64,000 bases of DNA from Camelus ferus. Its lineage: Eukaryota. Location of the stretch: contig NC_045697.1 of assembly GCF_009834535.1 (NCBI RefSeq), positions 39,744,001 to 39,808,000 on the forward strand, given 5' to 3'. Made by a program: the position numbers and the translations under genes. Under the pieces are notes generated by a model. It made no database searches. It had not been told where the DNA came from and saw only the letters and a program-made list of their open reading frames with translations. Shown piece after piece: positions 28,401-37,780 of this stretch (position 1 is the stretch's first letter; each line of letters starts with the position of its first letter).

Positions 28401-31400
28401 TGATGGTGGTTGCGTCTAACCGCATTCTCCGTTACTGCAAAGACCCCTTTCTGGGTCTCGGTAGATATGAGGAAGCTCTTAGGAGCACTCACCTGCCACA
28501 AGCAATCTGCGTTACTTCACTGCCCATCAGCTCCAGAACTCTTCTCGGATTAACCTCATCATTCATGGAGTCGTGTCCAAGCTGCCCGCAGGAACCAGCA
28601 CCAAAGGTAAACACACCTCCACTCTAACAAAGAACAAATATCACATGACTGCACTGTACCTCTGAGTTTGGGTACACTCCTCCGAAACCCTCCATATACA
28701 AAATTTATATCACACTACACTCACCTGATACTTAGCCAAATCACTTCTTTGGAATGTTTGTTAAATAAAAAAATAACAGAAAAGAACTTAAGGCTACATC
28801 TTTATGGAACAAAGATAGGTCAAGGGGATGTATGCCATCTATAAATGCAGAAAATTATTTAAAAACACAGTGATGTGTTAAGAAGTAACACAAAAAAAGG
28901 AGAAAAAGATAGGTGAAATGAGATTAATTTTTCATGATCATTCATACATAGGAAACTAAATTTTAAAAAAAAGCATAAATACATAACAGAAATAGACTCA
29001 TAGACATAGAATACAGACTTGTGGTTGCCAAGGGGGTGGGGGGTGGGAAGAGATAAGACTGGGATTTCAAAATTGTAGAATAGATAAACAAGATTATACT
29101 GTATAGCACAGGGAAATATACACAAAATGTTATGGTAGCTCACAAAGAAAAAAATGTGACAATGAGTGTGTGTATATGTCCATGTATACTGAAAAATTGT
29201 GCTGAACACTGGAATTTGACACAACATTGTAAAATGATTATAAATCAATAAAAAATGTTAAAAAAAAAAAAAAAGAAACTAAATGCTCCAGACTCCTTGG
29301 TAAGATTTTTTTAGCAGCTGAAATTGAACAAATGCTAACGTATTTTATTAAAGTGAATCTATAATAGTATTTTTGACATGAAAATACATTTTCATTCTCT
29401 ATGGATAGCAAATAAATAGGTTGATAATTTTAAAACATTATATTGCTCTTTCTTTTATATATTTAAATGGCTTGTTTTAAAGGAACACAGAATATTGCTA
29501 TATATACTATATTTTTAAGGTTATAGATTTTGAACTATTTTTAAACACTATCACTACTCTCTCTAAAAGACACTATCAAAAATAATCAAGCAATAATCAC
29601 CCACATCATACCCAGCACCAAAGTGCCACAGAACAAACCAGAACACTCTGAGTCCCTTACCTTTGTGAGAACTGCTGTATGCTCTTCTCCACAACTAATA
29701 TAGACAACTTTTTGTGTTCGTAGAAGCTTCACATGGCAAGGAGACTCTCGATCTAGAATAAGAGAAATACTAGCATGTCAGTACCATTTGCCTTCGAGAT
29801 GAAACATACACAGCTATCAGAGCCTAAATTTTAGGTCCCCCTGGGATTCCTGACTCACATATTCAGCTTCGTGACTGAACCTCCACTTGGATGTCTAATA
29901 GACATCTCATTTTTAATATATTTAAAACCTAACTCATGGATTCCCCATACTCCCCAACTCTGTCCACTCACCCCCCGCCCCCAAACCCAGATACATACAA
30001 AGTTTCCCTCATTTCATAAATGCAACTTTATCCTCTCAGCTTTTCCTCTCTTTATTTCAATCTACACATTCAACAATGAGCAAAATCAACTGGCCCCACC
30101 ATCAAAATATATTTGAAATCCATCTTTATTGCCATTGCCTCCAAACTAGTCTTCCAGCTTCCCCCTGAACCCACTTTAGGCAAAGCCAAATTAGATCACT
30201 CTTCTCCACAAACCTTCAGGTCTTGCTCCTTCACCGAGAGAAGCTGACATCTCACTCTGCCCTTCATGGTCCCACGTAACTGGGCCTCCCAACCTCTCTG
30301 ACCTCCAGCTCTGCTGCTTTTCTCCTGTTCATCCCACATCCCATATCCTACTGCATCAGAGCCTTTGCACACCCTGTTCCCTTTGACTAGAACATTCTTC
30401 ACCCATATTTCTATCAACATAGAAATCTCCTCTCCGATCTGACTTCCTACAGGGTTCTGCTCAAACTTCTTCTCCGTGGCCACCTTAAGTAAAACAGGAA
30501 ACTTTCCTCTCAAGCCCCCGACATACTGTATACTTACTGGCTTCCTGTTTGCTTCTGCTTGCTAGCATGCAATCTTCACTAAGCCAAGGGTATTATCTGT
30601 TTTGGCCCTTTCTGCACCCTTAGTGCCAACACGGGGCCAGCACATAAAAGATCTTCAAGAAGCACGTATATTAAACAAATGAAGTTAAGAGGTACACTTG
30701 AGGGAGGGTATAGTTCAGTGGTAGAGTGCATGCTTAGCATGCACAAGGTCCTGGGTTCAATCCCTAGTACTTCCATTTAAAAAATAAATAAATATAGAAG
30801 GGACTGGGCATAGCTCAGCAGTAGAGCCCATGCTTAGCATGAGCTAGGTCTGGGGTTCAGACCCAGTACCACCATTAAAAAAAATACTAAAATAAAATAA
30901 ATATATAAACCTAACTACCTCCCTCCCAACAATAAATTTTTAAAGAAAAATTAGTACACATGAAGAGTTTACCTACCTTCCTCATCACTGAGCCCTAGCT
31001 GTCCTGCATTATTCATCCCCCAGCCAAAAACAGCTCCTGAGAGAGACAGGGCAAAGCTGTGGGCCCCTCCTGCAGCCACCTGCGCCAGCGGGATCCCCTC
31101 CAGGGACCTCACCCTCTGCGGGCTGGCCTGGGAGGGGAACTCCTTTCCCAGGCCCAGCTGCCCATGGCTGTTCTTCCCCCATGTGAAGAACTGACCATCT
31201 GAAATGAGAACAGGATAACTGGTATTACCAAAAACATACATTTTCCACCCACAAGAATAACCTTGTTATTTTAGAGTCACTCAGCAGGCTCATCCGCTAG
31301 TTGCTCAGCCCCCAACACACATACACCCACCACCCAAAGCAAGGGAGCAGACACACGTCACGCTGGAAGACTCCCACAACTAGAAGTCCCACTGTCAGGA

Positions 31401-34400
31401 CGACAGAGAGACAAGCTGCGGTTTATCACCCTTCAAAGGCTGTGAACATTTATGTAAATAAAAAATTAAATGCTAAAGTCAATTCAGTTTTGAATACGCC
31501 AATTACCAGGCTTAGATATCCACTGAGCAAGGTGAACTAGTTCTGACCACACCAAGACCACGAGAGCCCCAGGACTTGATGGGATCCAGCCATGACCTGG
31601 ACCACCCCACAGAGAATCAAGCAGGACACGTTTGTGCTGACTTCCTCTCAGATACAATCTGCCAGAATACAGCATTATCTGCTGTCTTAGGTTTTTCTTA
31701 CTCCTCCTTTTTTATTTGGGAGCTTCATGGTGGAATATAACTCGATAGTGAGCTGTAGCTAACAAAAACCAATTTTCTGCTCAAGAACATTGAACTACAG
31801 TCCTGCCTCCGCTCATCCCCCCAACAGAAAGGTGGAGCAGCAATAATGACCACCTCCATCACCATCCACACCCTGAGGAAAGTATGAGCTACATAAAGAC
31901 TGTCTGAGAACTGCCGCTGCCTAACAGCAATGCACAGACCCTAACTAGTTAGTCAAAGGTATCCAGTTAGATAACATCACACAAAAATGCAAAGAGAAAT
32001 GATTTCCAAATTAACATAACATTAACATATGTTTTAACATTACATTACCAGCTGCAAGAGCCAAGCAATGCCAGTTGCCACAGGAAACTTGTAATATTGT
32101 CTGCTGGTTCAGCTTTTGTATTAACCTAAAACAGAAAAGGCTTTCCTCTTAAGAAGGGCATTCACAAACAATGATCAGAAATATTCCCAACCAAATAACA
32201 CAGTTGTAATAAAGCACATCTTTCACAAAAGACTTTTGAAAATCAAATATATAATCTTGCATGATATAATTCTATTAGGTCTTTCAATGACCTCCTGCTT
32301 CTTAGGTAGTTACTGTTTTTTCAAACTAAATAATAAACAACTTATTCTGCACTTAAAACCATCAGCATTGCCACAACCCTCTGTTAATTACCACCTTACC
32401 ATCTCCAATTCTAGGACAAAAGGAGTGAGCTACAGAAAAGAGACGACTAAGAACATAGCCGGTGTCTAAATGGCTTTCAAATGAGGGCAATGCCACGATC
32501 CAGTAACCCCACTTCTGGGTATAAATCCAAAAGAACTGCAAGCAGGGTCCCAAAGAGATATGTGTACACCCACATTGAGAGGAGAAATGGGCAGTTGTCC
32601 TTAAATGAGTTCAGAGTTAAATTTCTGCAAGATAAAAAGCTTCTGGAGATTGGTTACACAACAGTGAGAGTATACTTAACATTACTGAACAGTACACTTA
32701 AAAATGGTTTAGATGGTAAATGCTATGAGTATTTTACCAACATTTTAAAAAATTATTAACGGCAATGCCTCCAAACCTCTGATTCCCTAGGATGGTAAAG
32801 AGGACGATCAGATTATAACTTTTCAAATCCTGCTGCTCTGCTTGTTCATGTGAAAGACAGAGATAAGACCAGTACCTATTCATAGGGTTGTGGTGAGAAT
32901 TAAATGAAAAAAATCCACGCTTGGCGCAGCCCAGCAGAGCTGGACAGCCTGCGAATATCTCCTGCTCCCTGTTTTAACAATTCACAAGCTGCCGTGTTCC
33001 TCTTCATTAAGTGTATGCCATGAGATCAAAGGGTCAGATAGGCCGGCTCCAGGGAGAGGGGCATTTTAGAAAACAGACGTCCAAGAGGGGAAGAAGGGTT
33101 ATTTAGAGTGATAGGCAGATGTTGCTTTTGTTATGGTTTATTTTCTCAGATATAAAATGTTTATAAAATAGAGTTCACATGTGCATTTAGTACCAAATAG
33201 AGCCCAACTAATTTTTTTAGATAATTGTAGATTCAAACGCAGTTAAGGAAAAATAACAGAGATCTCTTGTATACTTTGTCCAGTTTCCCCCAATGATGAC
33301 ATTTGCAAAACTATAGTATAATATTATAACAAGGATATGACATTAGTACAACCTACCAATATTATTCATATTTCCTCAGTTTTATTTGTACTCATTTCTG
33401 TGTATGTATTGTTTTTTATCACGTGTATAGGTTCATGTAGCCACCACCACAGTCAAGACACTCTATGGTTCCAACAGCACAAGGATTCCTCATGCTGTAC
33501 TTTTACAACCACTCCTCCCCACCCCCATTCATAGCCCCTGGCAACCACTAACCTATCCTCCATTTCCAAAATTTTGTCATTTCAAGAATGTTATATAAAT
33601 GGAATGATATAGGAGGTAATTGTTTAGGATTGGCTTCTTTTTCACTCAGAATAATTCCCTGGACATTCGTCCAAACTGCTGCATGTATCAATAGCTAATA
33701 GAACCCACTATTTTTTTTAATTGGAACATGTAATACTGCCTTAGGGACCAATGTTTCAGAACCTTGATGCAGCAATTTGGACGAATGTCCTTTTTCCTGG
33801 CCAGATTCCACTCAAATTCCCCACAATTCTCCCTTCATGGGTCACTACTACTCTTGTCACAACCTTCACCATCACAGTTATAAAAAGGAAGCAGGTCAAA
33901 AGGACAAGATAAATAATAAGAAATTAAACCCTTGAGGTGGAGAAAAGGGGAGATACATATATATACAGCACAAGCATATACTGTGTTTTACCTACCCATC
34001 CATCCTCCCAAAAACTCTGTAAAGGTTCATAGTACTACATAACTCCATTTTTAAGTTAGGAAACCAAGGTTTAGATAAGTTAAACAATTTGCCCAAGGTC
34101 ACTCATCTACTAAGTAATAGTATTGGAATCTGAGGCTGCATGACTTCAAAGCTATGTTACTTTCCACAGTATTAAGGTATGAATTACTGAATTTATTTCA
34201 ATTAAATTATAATATAAAATTATATACAAACTAAAACCTCAGAAGTCACCCATAATTTAGACATGACTAATGAAAATAATTATAAACTGCTACTCTAACA
34301 CAGATTACTTCATTTTTAGAAATGAAATGCTACTAAAAAGCTTTACTTGAGTCTTCGGTCATCAACAAATGAAATGCTTTTGTCATTAATGTTATAAATC

Positions 34401-35749
34401 TTTTCCTTAATATTACACACAATTTCATTAATATACAGCATCTCCCTTCTTCCTTTTAATTTCCGCTCTCCCTCTTCCCCAAAATTAAATTAACTTTTGG
34501 AAGTAATGAATCCAAGACATTACCTGTTCTAAACCAGGAAATGAACCAAATCACTCTTACCTCCATGTTCCTCTTTTCCTTAAAACAACGTTTGATTAAA
34601 GAGACAAAAATCTAAGAAGGACAGAAATGAAGAGGAAAAAGAAAGTACTGTCCTTTGAAAGGGACAAGAATTGGGTGGGGGAGGAGAGGCCATTTATTCA
34701 GCAGACTGGTACTGATCAGTGCATGTGCTGGGACACTCTTAGCAATGGTGATGCTAAGATGAGTAATCCAGGTCTCCTGGCATCAGGAGCTCCCAGCTTT
34801 GTACCAAAGATATTTATTCAATAAACAATTACAAAGAATGTGACAAGTACTGCAATAGGGAAATGCTGTACATTTGTAGTAAAAAGGAACAGGAACTAAA
34901 TGAAGGAAGTAAGCCAGTGGCCTCTTTGATCATTAAGGGCCCTCAACAAACAGAGATGTCATCCCAAAAAATCCACTTAAAAGTAACTTCCATATTGTAG
35001 ATATTTTCTTAGTGATGAAGCTAACCATCTACTACATCTCTGTATAGATATTTAGTAACAGTAAATATCTGTTTGATATTTAGCCAAATCATCTAAGATT
35101 TGGAATTAAATAAGAGATTAAAAATCATTGTATTAGTCCTTTTGTGTTAAAGAACTTATGTATATTGAGTATTTTAGCTGTTGGTACTACTGTTTAAGAT
35201 AATTTGGCCTATAACAGGTCAGCCTTGTGATCCTAGTTTAAAGTTCTTAACGAGTAACTGATTTAGGCTTACAATTTTAGGTTATAGGTTAACAAGTCCC
35301 GCATGTGAAAGAATATTTTTTTATTCTAACATTTACTGAGTTCCAAGCACTCTATTAGAAACTACGTGGCTTGAATAAATAAAGTGCAGTTCCTGAACTA
35401 CGCATAGTTTTTAACTGGAGAAAGACACTTCTATAAATAATTAAAATTTTTGTGACAAGTGTTATAACAGCAGAAGGCAGGGCAGGGACACGATGGCAAC
35501 AGCAATTAAATAAGAGAGCAGAACCCAAAACAAGGAGTCTGGCGAAGAAACTAGCAGGAAATAACAATTACAGTAACTGACACTCTCACCTGGGCACTGC
35601 TACAGAGTCCTCGGTGGTCATGAGCCCTAGTTGGCCGTCACTCCCCGCACCCCAAGAAAACAGCTGGCCCCGGTCACTGAGGGCCAGGTTGTGGGACTTG
35701 CCACACGCCACATGCACGATGTGTTGATCTGCCAAAGCTCCAATTTGCT
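1269..35749 (-). CDS. HERC3: HERC3 E3 ubiquitin ligase, partial multi-exon CDS (16 exons, about aa 76-732; RCC1-like domain, linker, start of HECT)
   Basis: Exon lengths 160,77,222,92,131,161,77,125,60,112,190,164,114,24,90,171 splice in frame through GT-AG sites. The translation [10 protein letters not shown]...DIDLKKPLK matches recalled human HERC3 nearly residue for residue. Confidence 0.97.
2190..2441 (+). mobile_element. MER58-like hAT-Charlie DNA transposon
   Basis: TIRs caggggctggca... and ...ttgccgacccccag; ccaaatccagcc motif. Confidence 0.75.
2631..2720 (-). CDS. HERC3: HERC3 coding exon, 90 nt, [30 protein letters not shown]
   Basis: ttttattccag acceptor, CAG|gtaacc donor. Confidence 0.95.
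2814..2837 (-). CDS. HERC3: HERC3 24-nt microexon, KARPSIIQ
   Basis: ttttctttacacag acceptor, CAG|gtaaat donor, phase 0/0; peptide matches recalled human HERC3. Confidence 0.9.
3376..3864. mobile_element. Tigger1-derived non-autonomous DNA transposon
   Basis: caggcacatcttgctttactgcg start and aatatctccgagatatgcct end match the Tigger1 termini. Confidence 0.8.
5173..5523. mobile_element. Tigger3a-like DNA transposon
   Basis: TA|cagtcggccctcc...gatactgagggacaagtg|TA; inverted termini with TA target site. Confidence 0.8.
7130..7310 (-). mobile_element. MIR remnant
   Basis: tactgagaacttattatatgccaggcact...ttgcctaaggttacat...gaacccag; ends approximate. Confidence 0.55.
7376..7908 (+). mobile_element. 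L1 (L1MA/L1MB-type) 3' end
   Basis: acacaatggaatattattcagccataaaaa...atgctaagtgaaataagc...ctcaataaagctggggaaaaaa. Confidence 0.85.
7945..9858 (+). mobile_element. 5'-truncated L1 (ORF2 C-terminus + 3'UTR), interrupted by a solo LTR
   Basis: ORF 7917-8453 contains [22 protein letters not shown] and [10 protein letters not shown]; the L1 motif ggaataatactc|agacataaaaaagaatg is split at about 8851/9337. Confidence 0.9.
8852..9336 (+). mobile_element. Solo ERV1-like LTR (485 bp)
   Basis: TGTAACC...GGTAACA termini, 4-bp TSD ctct/ctca, TATA-like cctttaaaa near 9161, AATAAA at 9241. Confidence 0.85.
11295..11525 (-). mobile_element. L1MB-type 3' end fragment
   Basis: aatttaccatttttaagtgtatagtt...ggcaaccaccattctactt is the reverse of an L1 3'UTR. 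Confidence 0.8.
11789..11902 (-). CDS. HERC3: HERC3 coding exon, 114 nt, [38 protein letters not shown]
   Basis: ttcttcatcag acceptor, ATG|gtaaga donor. Confidence 0.95.
12034..12197 (-). CDS. HERC3: HERC3 coding exon, 164 nt, [20 protein letters not shown]...KLLEKLYK
   Basis: ctttctttctaaag acceptor, AAG|gtgagc donor. Confidence 0.95.
14017..14206 (-). CDS. HERC3: HERC3 coding exon, 190 nt, [31 protein letters not shown]...DTNPSKVL(D)
   Basis: ctctcctacag acceptor, G|gtgaat donor. Confidence 0.95.
14604..14715 (-). CDS. HERC3: HERC3 coding exon, 112 nt, [37 protein letters not shown]
   Basis: ttgtttag acceptor, CAG|gtaggt donor. Confidence 0.95.
15953..16139 (+). mobile_element. MER20 DNA transposon
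   Basis: caaggtttctcagcctt...caaccaaaaatgtc...ggttgagaatcactg. Confidence 0.8.
17046..17105 (-). CDS. HERC3: HERC3 coding exon, 60 nt, [19 protein letters not shown](K)
   Basis: ctttctgagcag acceptor, AA|gtaagt donor. Confidence 0.95.
18724..18848 (-). CDS. HERC3: HERC3 coding exon, 125 nt, [41 protein letters not shown](N)
   Basis: ccttcag acceptor, AA|gtacgt donor; within ORF 18678-18896. Confidence 0.95.
18925..19331 (+). mobile_element. LTR16-like ERVL LTR
   Basis: GC-rich body ending ctcagagtctgtttcccagagaaaccaaaccaatatgac, resembling the LTR16 3' terminus; start approximate. Confidence 0.6.
20338..20451. mobile_element. MER5A-like DNA transposon, left half (right half at about 23606-23652)
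   Basis: cagtgtctctcaacc start; continues after the L1 as aggtgatttcaatgggccaccaaggttgaggataactg. Confidence 0.6.
20452..23605 (+). mobile_element. L1 (L1MA-type), about 3.1 kb, degenerate ORF2 reverse transcriptase to 3'UTR
   Basis: ORFs 20861-21238 ([18 protein letters not shown]), 21524-21802, 22047-22325 and 22371-22619; frameshifted LFADDM near 21247; ends caataaaactggaaggaaataaaataaa. Confidence 0.92.
25617..25693 (-). CDS. HERC3: HERC3 coding exon, 77 nt, [25 protein letters not shown]
   Basis: tttttttgacag acceptor, GAG|gtaaaa donor. Confidence 0.95.
27200..27376 (+). mobile_element. Short L1 3'UTR fragment inserted in a MIR (MIR continues to about 27600)
   Basis: agactcacggatacagagaacaaaccagtggttacc..., A tail; imperfect TSD aagagcacaggctt/aagagcataagttt. 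Confidence 0.7.
27713..27718 (-). promoter_or_regulatory. Candidate intronic polyadenylation signal AATAAA for a short HERC3 isoform
   Basis: tttatt on the + strand, about 87 nt past the in-frame intronic TAA at 27805-27807. Confidence 0.45.
27843..28003 (-). CDS. HERC3: HERC3 coding exon, 161 nt, [53 protein letters not shown](D)
   Basis: ttttccccag acceptor, G|gtaaga donor. Confidence 0.95.
28493..28623 (-). CDS. HERC3: HERC3 coding exon, 131 nt, [43 protein letters not shown](R)
   Basis: tctttgttag acceptor, AG|gtgagt donor. Confidence 0.95.
28962..29274 (+). mobile_element. Young 5'-truncated L1 3' end with poly(A) and TSD
   Basis: acagaaatagactcatagacatag...tcaataaaaaatgtt(A)n; TSD gaaactaaat at 28952-28961 and 29275-29284. 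Confidence 0.88.
29661..29752 (-). CDS. HERC3: HERC3 coding exon, 92 nt, [30 protein letters not shown]
   Basis: ttattctag acceptor, AAG|gtaagg donor. Confidence 0.95.
29850..30683 (+). mobile_element. L2 LINE 3' remnant
   Basis: ctccacttggatgtctaatagacatctca, gcctttgcacaccctgttccct and cagcacata...aaatgaa L2 motifs. Confidence 0.7.
30700..30950 (+). mobile_element. Nested pair of Vic-1-like SINEs
   Basis: Two tRNA-like heads (30700 and about 30800) followed by a single aaacctaactacctccc tail. Confidence 0.85.
30977..31198 (-). CDS. HERC3: HERC3 coding exon, 222 nt, [17 protein letters not shown]...GQLGLSDEE(D)
   Basis: catttcag acceptor, G|gtaggt donor, RCC1 repeats; overlaps ORF 30969-31241. 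Confidence 0.95.
32049..32125 (-). CDS. HERC3: HERC3 coding exon, 77 nt, [25 protein letters not shown](D)
   Basis: tttctgttttag acceptor, G|gtaatg donor; not in the ORF track, read manually. Confidence 0.95.
32495..32757 (+). mobile_element. L1MB-type 3' fragments
   Basis: gatccagtaaccccacttctgggtataaatccaaaagaa...gtacacttaaaaatggtt. Confidence 0.75.
33213..33695 (-). mobile_element. L1MC-type 3' end
   Basis: ccagtttcccccaatg...gcaaaactatagtataat...cctggcaaccactaa. Confidence 0.8.
33990..34170 (-). mobile_element. MIR remnant
   Basis: ccatttttaagttaggaaaccaaggtttaga...ttgcccaaggtcac. Confidence 0.6.
35590..35749 (-). CDS. HERC3: HERC3 coding exon, 160 nt, (E)[52 protein letters not shown](R)
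   Basis: ttccttcccag acceptor, AG|gtgag donor, RCC1 repeat motif. Confidence 0.95.
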
Positions 35750-36289
35750 CTGGGAAGGAAAAAAAAAAAAGGAGGAAAATGAAAGCCCAGAAACAAGACA
35801 TACACAGAATTAGCTTCCTAGGCAGTTTAGTTTTTCCAAAGCAAACCACTATAAATGTATATTTATAGAGATTATAAATTTTATATGTTTCTAAAAGTTA
35901 CCAGTTTAGATGCCAGCTGCACCGGGTAGCAAAGACACCTGCAGCAGCGCACACAACCCGACGTTCCTCGCGTGCCTGGTGCTTCTCTCCCAAGAGAAGC
36001 CTGAAGGTTCACTATTTGGAGATGTGGAACCAGAGAGGCCCAAATGGGAGTGGGAGTGGGAGTGAGGTGTATTACTAAAGCAGTGGGACTGAGTGAAATT
36101 CTGCCTTCCAAAGTCCTCCCTCCCCAATCCAGAAAAATGCCATTCTCCCCTCAGACTCAGGACACAGCTCTGAGAAAACTGGCCCAAAAGAAAAGACTCA
36201 TAGCTGCTAACATTTGTGGGTCCCCCAATGAATGTCCAGCTTCCCGCTAATTAACAAGACTTGCCCACACACAGCTCCACTCACATTTC

Positions 36290-37780
36290 AGTGCTTTGCT
36301 CTTAAATATAGAAGGCTGGCCAAGGGTCATCAGATATGTGAGGAAACTTTAACATAAAAGAGCAAAACAAATGGAAGAAAAGGATCTCTGAAGGAAACGA
36401 TCATGCAGGAAACAGAAAAAAAAAAGAATTTAAGTTATTAGGGGAATAAAATAAGACAAGAAACAAACATTCAGAAAATGAACAAAATTATCTTGGAAAA
36501 TGAAAACATGACAGCATAAATTTAAAGGAAAAACATTCAAAAGCATAGAGGAAATAAGAATTACAATTTTCTAAGAAACAGAACAAAAAAAGGCAAAGAG
36601 CAAAACAGAGGAGAAAAAAGAGAAAGTAATGAGGGAATTATTCCAAGAGGCCTAACAATGAAAAAAATAGTAACTCCAAAAAGAGAAGGGAAAACACACA
36701 AAGTAGAAAATTTCAAACAAGAAAAACAAGAACATTTCTCATAACTAAAGGACAAGAGTTTCACATTGAAAGGAACTATTAAAAGCTTAGAATAATGACA
36801 GATTAAAAACCTACTTCAGAGCACCTCAGCTTGAAATTTCAGAGCATCAAAAAAGATTCTAATAGTTTCTAGAAAGGAAAAATCAGCTTATATACAACAG
36901 AACAGAGATCAGAATGGCATCATATTTCTCAGAAGCAGCACTGCAAACTAGAAGACAATGGACCAGTGCCTTCACAATTTTGAAGGACAGTGACATCCAA
37001 CCAAGAATTCCATATCAAGCCAACCATGAATCAAACGAGAGGAGAGGGGGGAAAAAGAACAATTTTCAGGGATATAAGGCTCTCAAAATATTTTACCTCC
37101 CATGCTGTCTTTCTCAGTCAGTCACTTAAGCTCATGCCTCCAAAACAAAGGGAAGATCAGGATCCAGGAAACAGGAATCTTACACAGGAAGAGGTGAAGA
37201 ATATTTCCAAGGCAGCTGTGGAGCAGCCTTATGAAGCAAATTGGAGGGATGTCTCCAAAGTGAAAAATGGAATACAGTCTGATGAGTTTACATTATTATG
37301 AGTTTCACAGTTCTGCCAGAGAATAGGGATTACTATGCAAGTGAAAAAAGTGAAGCAATTAACTTCAGGAAACACTAAATGTTTTGTAGGAAATAAGAGC
37401 AGTCATGGTATATAAAGTCATAATACCCAAGTAAATATAATTTACATGGTTAAAACTTAATTGTTAATTGATTTATAAAGAAACTACTTGGAGAAAACTG
37501 AGCATCTGGAGGGGAGGAAGAGCAAAATGTGGGTGGAGAATGTAACAGCATGCTCGTCTTCCCCGGTGTGAAGTCTCCAGGTTATGTTCAATATTGAAAA
37601 AAATCAAGAAATAGCATTATAAGCTTGTCATGTAGAAATACAAAGGTAAACACCAAAAGAAAGAACTAAAGAATTCAAAGTGATGGCCTCTGCAGGTGAG
37701 ACTCAAGAATGGGGCCAGGTGAGGCAGGGAATTGCTATTTGATTTAAACAGTTTGATAACTATCACTAAAAAGGAAAAAA
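36290..37780 (+). mobile_element. HAL1 / old L1 ORF1-bearing element
   Basis: ORF 36914-37129 (ASYFSEAALQTRRQWTSAFTILK..IQPRIPY) resembles the L1 ORF1 C-terminus; no ORF2 follows, and the 3' part resembles the HAL1 tail. Confidence 0.65.

Noticed and set aside
30700..30775. tRNA gene calls for the tRNA-Ala-like heads (also at 1046, 49162, 50336 and 62106)
   Set aside because: They have A-rich tails, a shared non-tRNA tail, TSDs in several copies and divergent stems, so they are SINEs.
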